Assembly: GCA_963761305.1 (NCBI GenBank)
Contig: CAVXGK010000002.1
Location: forward strand, 1,856,001-1,920,000
Length of the DNA: 64,000 bases
Direction: 5' to 3'
Origin: an uncultured Gemmatimonadaceae bacterium
GTDB taxonomy: Bacteria > Gemmatimonadota > Gemmatimonadetes > Gemmatimonadales > Gemmatimonadaceae
Part shown: positions 30,827 through 41,122 of the stretch, piece by piece
Position numbering within the stretch: the stretch's first letter is position 1
How the letters are laid out: every line of letters starts with the position of its first letter
Made by a program: the position numbers and the translations under genes
Notes under the pieces: model-generated
Told to the model about the DNA's origin: nothing
Databases searched by the model: none
The model's input: the letters and a program-made list of their open reading frames with translations, nothing else

Positions 30827-31360
30827 ATGAAGTCGTCGACGCGCGCCGCCCTGGCGGCGAGCACGCTTGCCACGATCGCGCTCGTCGCGAGCACCGGCCG
30901 GCTGGCCGCGCAACGGATCTCTCAGATATCCGGCGGCCAGCCGATCAACGGCATTTCGTGCGACGCGATGGAGGGACAGCGAATCCACATCCATCAGCAT
31001 TTGCTGATCCTCGATCATGGCACGCCGGTGCCGGTGCCGCCCGACGTCGGGCGGCCGACGAGCGGCGAATGCCTGTACTGGCTGCACACGCACACACCCG
31101 ACGGCGTGATCCACATCGAGTCGCCGATGGCCCGTACGTTCACCCTCGGCGATTTCTTCGCGATCTGGGGCCAGCCGCTCAGCACCACGCATGCGGCGAC
31201 CGCGGTGGCGAAGACGGGCAAGATCAAGACGTTCGTCGACGGCAAACCGTATGACGGTGATCCGAGCAAGATCCCGCTCAACGCACACACCGACATCGTG
31301 CTCGAGGTCGGGCCGCCCTTCCCCGCCCCACCGAAGTTCACCGACTGGGGTCAGCGCTAG
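30827..31360 (+). CDS. Secreted His-rich hypothetical protein
   Basis: Signal peptide; HIHQHL, CLYWLHTH..DGVIHIESP, TLGDFF.IWG. Confidence 0.8.
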   Translation: MKSSTRAALAASTLATIALVASTGRLAAQRISQISGGQPINGISCDAMEGQRIHIHQHLLILDHGTPVPVPPDVGRPTSGECLYWLHTHTPDGVIHIESPMARTFTLGDFFAIWGQPLSTTHAATAVAKTGKIKTFVDGKPYDGDPSKIPLNAHTDIVLEVGPPFPAPPKFTDWGQR

Positions 31361-31363
31361 CGC

Positions 31364-32689
31364 TCAGACCAGGGCTTTGTCGGCGGCAAGCACGGAACGC
31401 AGCAGCACGTTGGCGCCGTTCGATATATCCGCCGGCCGAGAGAATTCCTTCGGCGCGTGGCTGATGCCGCCGATGCTCGGAATGAAGATCATCCCGATCG
31501 GCCCGAGCGTCGCCATCGCCTGAGCGTCGTGCCCCGCGCCGCTCGGCAATTGACGCGTCGTCAGGCCAAGTGATACGGCGGCGTCGGTGATGATCTTTCG
31601 CATTCGCGGATCGGTCGGCGCGGCGGTGTTGACGTGCAGCTCCGAGTACGCGAACTGCGTTCCGTTCATCTTGCCGATCGCGTCGGCTTCCTTGCGGATC
31701 GTCGCGTACATCGAGTCGATTTTCGCGTCGTCCAGGTCCCGCAGCTCGAGCGTGCAGACGACCTTCCCCGGAATCACGTTCGGCGCGCCCGGGAACGCCT
31801 GAATCTTCCCGACGGTGCCGACCTGTCGCCCGGGAATTCCGCGCACGACACGATTCACCATCTCGACGAAGCGCGCCGCGGAGAGGAGCGCGTCGTGCCG
31901 CTGGTCCATCGCCGTCGTGCCGGCGTGGTTCTGAAACCCGGTAACGGTGACCTCCCACTGCTTGATGCCGACGATCCCCTCAACGACGCCGATGTTGACC
32001 TTCGCCGCGTCGAGCGTGCCGCCTTGCTCGATGTGCAGCTCGAAGTAGCCGGCGATCGAACCCTTGGCGCGTTTGACTTCGGCGAGTCTCGTCGGGTCGC
32101 CGCCGATGAAGCGGATTCCTTCCTCGACCGTCCTGCCGCTGCTCGAGACCGTCTTGAGCTCGGGCATCGTGAGCTGGCCGCCGACCGCCCGGCTGCCGAA
32201 GAGTCCGCCCTCTTCGTTCTGCCAGATCACGACCTCGAGCGGATGCCGCGTCACGATCGAGTGCTCGGCGAACGTCTGCGCGACTTCGATGGCCGAGGTC
32301 GATCCGACTTGCCCGTCGTAGTTGCCGCCGAATGGAACCGAGTCGATGTGCGAGCCGAAGAGCAGCGGATGGAGCGACGCATCGCTTCCCGCGCGCCGGC
32401 CGATGATGTTTCCGGCGAAGTCGACGCTCGGCTCGAGCCTTGCGGCCCGCATCCAGTCCATGACGACCGCGCGCGCCGCCTTGTCGGCATCGCTGTACGC
32501 CACACGCGACACGCCGCCCTCGGGATTCTTTCCGAACTCGGCGAGCGCAGTCAGGTGCGCGGTGATGCGGTCGGCGTTGACGCGGAGATCTTGGAGCGGC
32601 GGCTGGACAGGCAGAGCGTCGAACAGATGGCGCGTGAAAGCGGTGGCCGCGCTAGTCAGCGCGATAGCATTGAAATCGCGTCGGTTCAT
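31364..32689 (-). CDS. M20-family Zn hydrolase (N-carbamoylase/allantoate amidohydrolase-like) with Tat signal
   Basis: MNRRDF; GSHIDSV..GG.YDG, NEEG, ELHIEQG, NHAGTT, SGAGHDA. Confidence 0.93.
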   Translation of the reverse strand: MNRRDFNAIALTSAATAFTRHLFDALPVQPPLQDLRVNADRITAHLTALAEFGKNPEGGVSRVAYSDADKAARAVVMDWMRAARLEPSVDFAGNIIGRRAGSDASLHPLLFGSHIDSVPFGGNYDGQVGSTSAIEVAQTFAEHSIVTRHPLEVVIWQNEEGGLFGSRAVGGQLTMPELKTVSSSGRTVEEGIRFIGGDPTRLAEVKRAKGSIAGYFELHIEQGGTLDAAKVNIGVVEGIVGIKQWEVTVTGFQNHAGTTAMDQRHDALLSAARFVEMVNRVVRGIPGRQVGTVGKIQAFPGAPNVIPGKVVCTLELRDLDDAKIDSMYATIRKEADAIGKMNGTQFAYSELHVNTAAPTDPRMRKIITDAAVSLGLTTRQLPSGAGHDAQAMATLGPIGMIFIPSIGGISHAPKEFSRPADISNGANVLLRSVLAADKALV

Positions 32690-32779
32690 GGGCGAGAACT
32701 TGTCGAGTTCCCGCGCTCACGGGAAGGACGAGGCCGGATTGGTGGCGGGAATAAGGGACTTGGCGCGACCCTAGCATCG

Positions 32780-32894
32780 ACGATTGTGACACGGACACAA
32801 ACGGATTTGACGGACGCAAACGGAGACAGCACACCTGTTTTTTGTTTTCTCCGTTTGTGTCAGTTTCATCCGTCTGTGTCCGTGTTCCAATCGT
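32780..32894. repeat. Long imperfect palindrome with about 46-bp ACGGA-periodic arms
   Basis: CGATTGTGACACGGACACAAACGGATTTGACGGACGCAAACGGAGA versus right-arm reverse complement CGATTGGAACACGGACACAGACGGATGAAACTGACACAAACGGAGA. Confidence 0.85.
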
Positions 32895-33034
32895 TATTGC
32901 CCGGGCGGCGGTGAGGACCCCGATGCCATTGGGACTGTACGGGGCAGCCCGTATTGTCCGAGATTCGTCATGAGGGCTGGCTCGGCGGCCCGCGGTGCGT
33001 GCATGATCCACGGAACGCTCAACGCGAATTCACG

Positions 33035-33874
33035 ATGCTGAAACAGAGTCGCCAATCATTGACGCCGGATCTCACTCCGGAGCACGGCGCGCGGTGGGTC
33101 GCGCGCGAGCCGTACTATCTCGCGTCGGGTGACGAGGTCGAGGTCTTCGCCAAGTGCCACGCGCGCGGACTGCCGGTGATGCTCAAGGGACCGACCGGCT
33201 GCGGCAAGACGCGATTCATCGAGCACATGGCGTGGAAGCTCGGACGTCCGCTCGTCACGATCGCCTGCCACGACGATCTCTCGGCGAGCGATCTCACCGG
33301 GCGCTTCTTGATCAAGGGTGATGAAACGGTGTGGGTCGACGGGCCGCTCACGACCGCGGCGCGTCTCGGCGCAATTTGCTATCTCGACGAAGTGGTCGAG
33401 GCGCGGCAGGACACGGTCGTCGTGATCCATCCGCTCACCGACGACCGGCGATTGCTGCCGATCGAGAAGACCGGCGACGTCATCGAAGCGGCGACGGGAT
33501 TCCAGCTCATCATCTCGTACAATCCGGGCTATCAGCACGCGATCAAAGATCTCAAACCGAGCACGCGGCAGCGGTTCGTGACGCTGGAATTCGATTTTCC
33601 GCCGGCATCTGCCGAGGCCGAGATCGTCGCCCACGAGAGCGGCGTGAAGCGAGGCACGGCGCAGTCGCTCGTCGAGCTCGCGCGGCGCGTTCGCCGGCTC
33701 AAGGATCAAGGCCTGGCCGAAGGTCCCGGCACGCGCCTGCTCGTCTCGGCGGCCAAGCTCATCGCCGACGGCGTGTCGCCGCAGGACGCGTGTCAGGCGG
33801 CGTTCGTCGGTCCGCTCACCGACGATCCCGACCTCGTGACCGCCATCGCGGACCTCGTGGCCGCGCTGTTGTAG
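33035..33874 (+). CDS. norQ: CbbQ/NirQ/NorQ family AAA+ ATPase
   Basis: [48 protein letters not shown]. Confidence 0.92.
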   Translation: MLKQSRQSLTPDLTPEHGARWVAREPYYLASGDEVEVFAKCHARGLPVMLKGPTGCGKTRFIEHMAWKLGRPLVTIACHDDLSASDLTGRFLIKGDETVWVDGPLTTAARLGAICYLDEVVEARQDTVVVIHPLTDDRRLLPIEKTGDVIEAATGFQLIISYNPGYQHAIKDLKPSTRQRFVTLEFDFPPASAEAEIVAHESGVKRGTAQSLVELARRVRRLKDQGLAEGPGTRLLVSAAKLIADGVSPQDACQAAFVGPLTDDPDLVTAIADLVAALL

Positions 33875-35856
33875 TGCCGCACGGCATCTCGCGCACGAGA
33901 CGATTCGCGCGCAAGGCGGAGCATCTCGCTCGGCAGGTCCGCGATCGCGCCCGCGCGCGATTTCGCCGGAGCAAACCGTACGTCTCGCTCGAGACGGTGC
34001 ATCGACGACTCGAGCTCGTCGTCGCCGCGTTGTATGGACGGCCGATCGCGCTCACGACGACCGAACGCGGCCCGCAGGGTATGCGGCAACGACTCGAAGC
34101 GCTGCTCGGTGTCCAGCCCGACGCGCGACGTACGACGCCGACGGTCGAAGGCGAGACGATTCGACTTCCCGATGTGCTCGACGCGCCCGATGGCCCCGAG
34201 AAAGCGATCGCCCGCTATCGGATTCTCGCCATCGAGCAAGCCGAGCGAATCGTGCGAGGCACGCCGAGCCACCTGCCGGCGACCGATCCGTTGGAGCGGG
34301 ACCTGTATTTGGTTCGCGAGGGCATGGCCATCGACGCCGAGTTGATGCGGCGCCATCCCGGCCTCGCCGGTTCGCTGAGCGCCGAGCGCGCCGCGGCGCT
34401 CGATCGCCGGCCGACGCTCAATTCGCTGTCGAGGCAGGAGCAGAACGTCGAGCTGTTGCTGCGCGATGCGTTGCGCGCCGACGCTCGCGTCGAATCATCG
34501 TCGGCCGGACACGACACGAGTCACGCGCCGGGCGACTCACTCGCGTGGGCGCGCGAGACGGCGACGCGCATTCGCCAGCTCGGCGGGCGATATCACGGCG
34601 TGCCCCCGACGCTGCATTGGGGAACCGTGCAAGGCGCCGAGATCATTAGAGAATCCGATAACCCGTTCGACCGGGCGCCACAGCATCTGCCGATCGCCGG
34701 ATCGGACGCGGCGCCCAATCGGCGCTCCGGCGCAATCGACAACGCCGAGCAACGAAAGTCGAACGACGAGAACGACTCGCAGGGAAAGGCGTTCGATCCG
34801 GCGGCACCGCCCGACGACGAGTTGAGCGACGACGCGTCAGCGACCGATCCGCGCGCCCGACCCGACCCCGATCGCCGAGCACTGCGCGGCACGAACGCGT
34901 TCGAGCGAACGCGCGACCTGTTGCCGACCGTCGAAGCGAAGGAGCAGGGCCTTCTGCCGCCTGTCGTCGCCGCGCAGGACGAGTGGGACGGCGAAGCCGG
35001 ACACTATGTGAAACGTGCGGCGCTCGTTCGACTCCAGGATCCGCCCGACGGTGACGCCGCGTGGGCGGCGGACGTGATGCAGCGACATCGCGCGCTCGTG
35101 TACACGATTCGGCATCACTTCGAGCGGCTGCGCGCGCGACGCATGTTGTTGAACCGTCAATCCGCCGGCGACGAGCTAGACATCGCGGCGTGGGTCGACG
35201 CCGTCGTCGCCCGCCGGACGGGCGACGCGCCGGACGACCGTCTCTATCGCGACGCGCGGCCGGCGCGACGAGGATTGGCGATCTCGCTGCTCGTCGACGT
35301 GAGCGGTTCCACCGAGACGCGCATGAGCGACGGCCTGCGCGTCGTCGACCTCGAGAAGATCGCGTTGCTCCTGGCGAGCGAAGCGCTCGACGCCCTCGGC
35401 GATTCGTTCGCCGTACATACCTTCGCCGGCAAGACCGCCGACGACGTCCGCGTCTCTCGCATCAAGGATTTCTCGGAGCACAACGGCGATCGCATTCGAC
35501 GACGGATCGCCGGCATCGAGCCCGGCGGGTTCACCCGCCTCGGCGCGGCGGTGAGATTCGCCTCGAAGCATCTCGCGCGACGGTCGGCGGGGCATCGCCT
35601 GCTGTTGATTCTGTCCGACGGCCGGCCGAACGACGTGGATCGGTATCAGGGTCCGTACGGCGTGGAGGACGCGCGGCAGGCGATTCTCGAGGCACGGGCG
35701 TCCGGAATCTTTCCGTTTTGCCTCACGGTCGACGCGAATGCGTCGGAGTATCTGCCGAGGATCTTCGGGCAGGCCGGGCACCGCATGGTGCAGCGGCCGG
35801 CCCAGCTTCCGTCGGCGCTGCTGGCGGTGGTGAGTGCGCTGGTGCGGCGGCGTTAA
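33874..35856 (+). CDS. norD: NorD/CbbO family VWA-domain protein
   Basis: EWD, GDELD, MIDAS DVSGS, FTRLGAAVR, LLLILSDGRPND, YGVED, PFCLTVD; start overlaps the norQ stop. Confidence 0.88.
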   Translation: MPHGISRTRRFARKAEHLARQVRDRARARFRRSKPYVSLETVHRRLELVVAALYGRPIALTTTERGPQGMRQRLEALLGVQPDARRTTPTVEGETIRLPDVLDAPDGPEKAIARYRILAIEQAERIVRGTPSHLPATDPLERDLYLVREGMAIDAELMRRHPGLAGSLSAERAAALDRRPTLNSLSRQEQNVELLLRDALRADARVESSSAGHDTSHAPGDSLAWARETATRIRQLGGRYHGVPPTLHWGTVQGAEIIRESDNPFDRAPQHLPIAGSDAAPNRRSGAIDNAEQRKSNDENDSQGKAFDPAAPPDDELSDDASATDPRARPDPDRRALRGTNAFERTRDLLPTVEAKEQGLLPPVVAAQDEWDGEAGHYVKRAALVRLQDPPDGDAAWAADVMQRHRALVYTIRHHFERLRARRMLLNRQSAGDELDIAAWVDAVVARRTGDAPDDRLYRDARPARRGLAISLLVDVSGSTETRMSDGLRVVDLEKIALLLASEALDALGDSFAVHTFAGKTADDVRVSRIKDFSEHNGDRIRRRIAGIEPGGFTRLGAAVRFASKHLARRSAGHRLLLILSDGRPNDVDRYQGPYGVEDARQAILEARASGIFPFCLTVDANASEYLPRIFGQAGHRMVQRPAQLPSALLAVVSALVRRR

Positions 35857-35921
35857 GAAGTCCTAACGGCACAAATGCGATGTATCGGCGTTCATTCAGC
35901 AGCACCATCGCCGAGGCACGC

Positions 35922-37061
35922 GTGAAGCAGTCCGACGTTCTGTTCCGCATCGCGATCATCGCGTGCACGTCCGCGTGCGCCTCTCATGGACCGCGCCCAC
36001 CCCAAACCAGCCCCGCCGCGCTGGCGGCCGTTCAGGCGGAGGTCCGGATTGTCGGCGGCGAGACGACCTGGGTGACACGCGGTCGCGGCTACGAGTTGGT
36101 CGGGCGGTCGAAGGCGGATCTGGCGGCATTTCAATCGCAGCTCGACCACGAGTCGGACGCCTTCCGTCGCGTCTTTCCGATCGATAGCCAGGCCACCGTC
36201 GTCGTCGCCATTCGCCGCCAGTCGCCGGAGGGCAAGCCCTTCGTCGCCGCGGCTCCGGTGCCTCAGACGACTGCCGGGCCGCTCGTCGAGCTGGTGATTC
36301 CCGATCCCACGAAGCTCGAAAAGGAGGCGAAGGAAAGCGCCGCATTACGAGGCAGCACCGATCCCGAACTCTCCGACGTGCGCGGCCCGATCTTGCCGGT
36401 GGCTCGCGCCTGGCTCTCCGCCCACGCGACCGCGCTCACGCATCAACCGGCGCGCATGATGCAAGCCTCCGGCGACGTCGACGATCCGCGCGTCCCCGCT
36501 TGGGCGGAGAGCCTGATCCCGTCGCTCGCCGCCGACTCGCTCGTGGATCACGTGACGACGGTTCTCGCCCTGCATTCGGAGAACCTCATCGCGCTCTCGA
36601 CGTATTTCACGATGGAGCGTCCGGAGCCTGGCCTTCCACCCGTCGCGGAACGAGGCGGCGGAACGAGCGGAGGGACTGGCCGCGGCGGCACTGGGGGCAC
36701 GGGCGGCGTTGGCGGCACCGGTGGAATGGGTGGCATGGGTGGCATGGGACGCGGCGGCATGGGAGGAGGAGGCCGCATGGGCGGACGGGGCGGAACGCGT
36801 GGCGGCGGCACGCCGGGCGGGCAATCCGAGCGGTCGACTCCCCCGCTTCGTGGCGCCGCCCTCTTCGACGCGCAGTCGATCCTCGTTGGGCGGTACCTGG
36901 CCCGCGAAGGCTACGATTTCATCGGGCTCCTCGTCGACTCGAGGATTCTCGGCGCACCGATCGACGACGTCGCCATGAAGCGCACCGGACGGACCCTCGA
37001 TCAGATGAACGCGGAGTTCCGCGGGTGGGTCTTCGATCGCGCGAGCGTGCTGAGCCGATAG
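35922..37061 (+). CDS. Hypothetical lipoprotein with a Gly/Met/Arg-rich insert
   Basis: Hydrophobic N-terminus ending ACTSAC; GGMGGMGRGG tract. Start could be 35880. Confidence 0.7.
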   Translation: MKQSDVLFRIAIIACTSACASHGPRPPQTSPAALAAVQAEVRIVGGETTWVTRGRGYELVGRSKADLAAFQSQLDHESDAFRRVFPIDSQATVVVAIRRQSPEGKPFVAAAPVPQTTAGPLVELVIPDPTKLEKEAKESAALRGSTDPELSDVRGPILPVARAWLSAHATALTHQPARMMQASGDVDDPRVPAWAESLIPSLAADSLVDHVTTVLALHSENLIALSTYFTMERPEPGLPPVAERGGGTSGGTGRGGTGGTGGVGGTGGMGGMGGMGRGGMGGGGRMGGRGGTRGGGTPGGQSERSTPPLRGAALFDAQSILVGRYLAREGYDFIGLLVDSRILGAPIDDVAMKRTGRTLDQMNAEFRGWVFDRASVLSR

Positions 37062-37107
37062 CGTCGCCGCGAAACTCGACGACGCAAAGCGCAAAAAAGC
37101 TCCGCCC

Positions 37108-37136
37108 TTGACGAACGGGTTGAACTAGCGCACTCT
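37108..37136 (+). promoter_or_regulatory. Putative sigma70 promoter of the padR-permease pair
   Basis: TTGACG-N17-CACTCT. Confidence 0.45.
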
Positions 37137-37158
37137 CCCAACACCTGGTGGAGGGACG

Positions 37159-37491
37159 ATGCCTCGCGACGCGAAAGACCTTCTGCACGGCACGCTCGAC
37201 CTGCTCGTATTGCGCGCGCTCGCCACCGAGCCGATGCACGGCTTCACGCTCAGCAAGTGGATCGACGAGCGCACGAGCGGCGAGCTCGGGATCGTGGACT
37301 CCGCCCTCTACAAGGCGCTCCACCGCCTCGAGGACTGTGGCGCCGTGCACGCCGAGTGGGGAGCGTCGGAGAATAATCGCCGAGCGAAGTACTACTCGCT
37401 CACAGTTCGCGGCCGACAAATGCTGCGCGCCGAGATCGCGAACTGGCAACACTATGTCGCCACCGTCACGGTCGTCCTGGAGGGCGGATGA
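37159..37491 (+). CDS. PadR-family regulator (ADOP-associated type)
   Basis: LLHGTLDLLVL, ALYKALHRLE, WGASENNRRAKYY. Confidence 0.95.
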   Translation: MPRDAKDLLHGTLDLLVLRALATEPMHGFTLSKWIDERTSGELGIVDSALYKALHRLEDCGAVHAEWGASENNRRAKYYSLTVRGRQMLRAEIANWQHYVATVTVVLEGG

Positions 37492-40265
37492 CACGGCGCC
37501 GGACGCGAGCCGTCACGCTGCCCGGGCGAGTGCGGCGCCTTTTTAGACTTCCGGCAAATCGCTCACGACTGATGCGCGACGCCGACGACGAGATGCAGTT
37601 CCATCTCGAGATGTGGACGGCCGAGTTCAGCGCTCAGGGCATGTCGCCCGAGGAAGCCGAGGCCGCGGCGGAACGTCGATTCGGCGACGAGGGCGAGTAC
37701 CGAGAGTATTTCGCGCGGCGAGCGGCGCGGAAAGCGCGCTGGCAGACCGTGGCCAACTGGATCGACGACCTTGGGCAGGACGCCGCCTACGCGTGGCGCG
37801 GTCTGCGTCGGTCGCCCGGGTTCACAGCGGCAGTCGTGCTCGTGCTCGCCCTCGGACTCGGCGCGAACGCAGCGCTGTTCTCACTCATCGACCGCATCTT
37901 TTTGAGCGCGCCTACCGGCGTCGACGCTCCGCAGGAGATCAGACGCCTCTACTACATCCACTCTCAGTCGGACTTCCGCGGCTTTGGCCCCGCAAACGGT
38001 GTCGAGGAGTCGCTGGATTACCCCGCGTATGCAGCCATGCGCGGTGCGGCGGGGTCCAAGATTCAATTCGCGGCTTATGTGCGACCCGATTCCGTCGACA
38101 CTCGCATCGACAACGCGGCTGTGCCTGTGATGGCGTCCTACGTCACGCAGAGTTATTTCACGACGCTCCGTGTCCGGCCATCGCTCGGTCGCTTTTTTGC
38201 CGCGGACGAGGATCGCGTGGAGATCGTGAGCCCTGCCGCCGTGATCAGCGATGCGTTCTGGCATCGTGCCTTCTCGGGCGATTCGACCGTACTTGGCAAG
38301 CGCGTCCGGATTGCGGACCGAACGTACTCGGTCGTAGGCATCGCACCGCGCGGCTTCGACGGCATCGACCTCGATCGCGTGGATCTGTGGCTCCCGCTCG
38401 GAGCGCTTCCCCCGCCGCCGTTTTGGGGCCCGCGGCCATGGTATCTCGGCGGCATGCACTGGATGCGCGCCATCGCTCGCGTGCCCTCGAGGATCGCCGA
38501 ACAGAGGATGACCGCCGTCGCGACACTGACGTATCGGCATGCGTGGCAGAGCGAGGACGTCCCGGACACGACATCGACGGTCATCACCGGCCCCATCGTC
38601 GCGGCGCTCGGACCGTCCGATCGACAGCAAGAAGTTTCCATCTCGCTCCGGCTCGCCGGCGTATCTCTGATCTTGCTGCTGATCGCGGTCGGGAACGTGG
38701 CCAACCTGCTCCTCGTCCGGGGCATGCGTCGTCGCCGAGAAATCGCCATTCGCCGAGCGTTGGGTGTATCGACCGCGCGGCTGTGTAGGCTGCTGATCAC
38801 TGAGAGTCTATTGCTCTCCGCGCTCGGCGCCGCGGCTGCCCTGATCATCGGGACGTGGGGATCCATGGCACTGCGCGCCCTTCTCCTGCCAGAAATCCAC
38901 TGGTCGAGCAATTCCAACTTTGCTCATATCATCGCGTTCACGGCGATCGCGAGTATCGTTGTGGGAGTTCTGGCCGGTACGGCGCCGGTATTTCATGCGC
39001 GCGGATTGGACGTGACGAGCTCGCTCAAGGCCGGTATGTGGTCGGGCCTTCACCGTCGAGTGTTCACGCGAAGTGTGTTGACGATCGGCCAGATTGCGCT
39101 CTCGGTTGTGCTGCTGGTCGGCGCCGGGCTCTTCGTGCGGAGCCTGCACAATGTTCGCGCGATCGACCTCGGCTTCGATTCCGACGGACTCGTTACGGTC
39201 CACGCCGGGTACCTGGACGTCGCGCGGAGCCGAGAGGTCGGTTCGGCGCTCGAGAGCATTGCGGCGGATATGTCCCGCGTGCCCGGCGTGCGACGCATCG
39301 CGGTGGCTTCAGGTGCGCCAATGCAAGGCAGCATGTCGTCCAATCGGCTCTTCCTGCCCGGTCGAGACTCGGTGCCGACGATCGGCGGAATAGCGCCTAT
39401 GGAGGTCCTTGTGTCGACCGAGTACTTCAGTACGGTGGGCGTTCGCCTCGCGGCGGGACGGACCTTCGAGTCAACGGACCGCGCTGGAGCCGCGCCGGTG
39501 GCCGTAGTTGCCAGAACAATGGCCAGGGTCGTCTGGCCGGGTGAGAACCCGATTGGAAAATGCATTCTGATTTTCGCGCGAACCGCGCCGTGCACGACCG
39601 TCGTTGGCGTCGTCGACGACATGCACACCAACGACGTCATCGAGACCAGACCTTTTATGCGACTGTACCTGCCATTCGCGCAGAATGCGCAGCTGGATTC
39701 GCTTCGCTTCGGGCCCCGGGGAATTGGCCGCGTTCTTCTCGCGCGCACCCGCCCCGGCACCGAAGCTACGGTCATGAAGTCTGCCCTGCGCATTGCTCGC
39801 GAGCGCCTCCCTGGAGCTACTGAGCTCCGCGCCAACGACATGACGCAGGTCCTGGATCCGAAACTCCGCCCGTGGCGTTTAGGCGCGACGCTGTTCAGCG
39901 CCCTCGGCATCCTCGCCGCAGTCGTCGCGGTGGTCGGCATGTACAGCGTGATCGCCTACGCGGCGAGTCAGCGCGCTCACGAGATGAGCATCCGCATGGC
40001 CCTCGGCGCGCGCGCGCAGGACATCCTGACGCTCGTGGCGGGTGAAGGGATGCGCGTAATCTTCGTCAGCATCGCGATTGGAATCGCCGCAGCCGTGGCG
40101 ATGGGGCGTCTCGTCGGCTCGCTCTTGTACGGCGTGTCGACTCACGACCCCGTCGTACTCGCCGGCGCAGCCGTTCTGCTGGCGCTAATGGGCCTGGCGG
40201 CGATCCTGACTCCGGCTTTGCGCGCGGCGCGCGGCGACCCCGCGAGCGCGCTGAGAGCGGAATAG
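37488..40265 (+). CDS. ADOP-type duplicated ABC permease
   Basis: DDEMQFHLE prefix, YAWRGLRRSPGF, NVANLLL, DPASALRAE; ATGA overlap with padR. Confidence 0.94.
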   Translation: MTRRRTRAVTLPGRVRRLFRLPANRSRLMRDADDEMQFHLEMWTAEFSAQGMSPEEAEAAAERRFGDEGEYREYFARRAARKARWQTVANWIDDLGQDAAYAWRGLRRSPGFTAAVVLVLALGLGANAALFSLIDRIFLSAPTGVDAPQEIRRLYYIHSQSDFRGFGPANGVEESLDYPAYAAMRGAAGSKIQFAAYVRPDSVDTRIDNAAVPVMASYVTQSYFTTLRVRPSLGRFFAADEDRVEIVSPAAVISDAFWHRAFSGDSTVLGKRVRIADRTYSVVGIAPRGFDGIDLDRVDLWLPLGALPPPPFWGPRPWYLGGMHWMRAIARVPSRIAEQRMTAVATLTYRHAWQSEDVPDTTSTVITGPIVAALGPSDRQQEVSISLRLAGVSLILLLIAVGNVANLLLVRGMRRRREIAIRRALGVSTARLCRLLITESLLLSALGAAAALIIGTWGSMALRALLLPEIHWSSNSNFAHIIAFTAIASIVVGVLAGTAPVFHARGLDVTSSLKAGMWSGLHRRVFTRSVLTIGQIALSVVLLVGAGLFVRSLHNVRAIDLGFDSDGLVTVHAGYLDVARSREVGSALESIAADMSRVPGVRRIAVASGAPMQGSMSSNRLFLPGRDSVPTIGGIAPMEVLVSTEYFSTVGVRLAAGRTFESTDRAGAAPVAVVARTMARVVWPGENPIGKCILIFARTAPCTTVVGVVDDMHTNDVIETRPFMRLYLPFAQNAQLDSLRFGPRGIGRVLLARTRPGTEATVMKSALRIARERLPGATELRANDMTQVLDPKLRPWRLGATLFSALGILAAVVAVVGMYSVIAYAASQRAHEMSIRMALGARAQDILTLVAGEGMRVIFVSIAIGIAAAVAMGRLVGSLLYGVSTHDPVVLAGAAVLLALMGLAAILTPALRAARGDPASALRAE

Positions 40266-40457
40266 CGACGTCACGCCATGAAATCCGCGCCGCTCGCACC
40301 ACACCCAGCGTGCGCACCCCGGCGTGCTGATGCACGGTCTCGCGCCGCGGTCGACGAGGTGTCCGTGGTTCCGCGACACAAATTTTTGCGAACCGCCTAC
40401 AGCCCTTGGGCCCTCTGAGCCGTAAATGAGATGCAGGCCACTATCTCGGAGGAAATT

Positions 40458-40937
40458 ATGTGGCAGAAGATGGCCCTAACCACGGCCGTAGCGCTGTCGA
40501 TCGGCGGCTGCGCGAGTGGAGCGGGCGGGACCGCGTCGCAAACGTCGGTCCCCACGCCGGTGGTGACAACGCAGTCGGGACAGCCGAGCATCTTCGGTGC
40601 TTCGGCGAGCGATTATACGCTGGTGTCGATCAACGGTCATGCGCTCCCGTACGCGACGCCCGCCAAGAGTGACGCTGCGCTGAAGCCGATGGAAGTCGTA
40701 AGTGGAACCCTGGACCTGGCGGCGAACGGAGAGTTCTCGATCTCGACGAAGTACCGGGACTCGACGGCGCCGGGTGGCCATGACATCGACAACAAGTTCA
40801 GCGGTTCGTGCACGCCGGAGGGGCATGGGTACCACATGTTCTGGGACGGCGGCGGCGATTCGCAACTGGAGATCCGTGGCGACTCGGTCACAGTCGACGA
40901 TGGCGGCGTGCATTCCCAGTACGTCAAGCAGCACTAG
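40458..40937 (+). CDS. Hypothetical lipoprotein
   Basis: GGAGG RBS; lipobox IGGC; YTLVSING..LP beta-rich domain. Confidence 0.78.
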   Translation: MWQKMALTTAVALSIGGCASGAGGTASQTSVPTPVVTTQSGQPSIFGASASDYTLVSINGHALPYATPAKSDAALKPMEVVSGTLDLAANGEFSISTKYRDSTAPGGHDIDNKFSGSCTPEGHGYHMFWDGGGDSQLEIRGDSVTVDDGGVHSQYVKQH

Positions 40938-41122
40938 CGAAGGCCGGACTACTGGCTCACGGCCTACGTCGTCCGCGGTGAGCGATTTCAGCGCTCATCG
41001 CGGCGGCGTTGGAACGAGAGCGAGTCTCAGAAACCGTGCCGAATCACGGAGAAGTTGCAAACGGAATCCTACGGTTCCATAGCCAGACCGCTTGACCGTG
41101 ATGCCGACGGATGGCGATCACG

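Noticed and set aside
33035..35856. Rubisco activase CbbQO and carbon fixation
   Set aside because: No cbb genes nearby; the client cannot be determined from this window.
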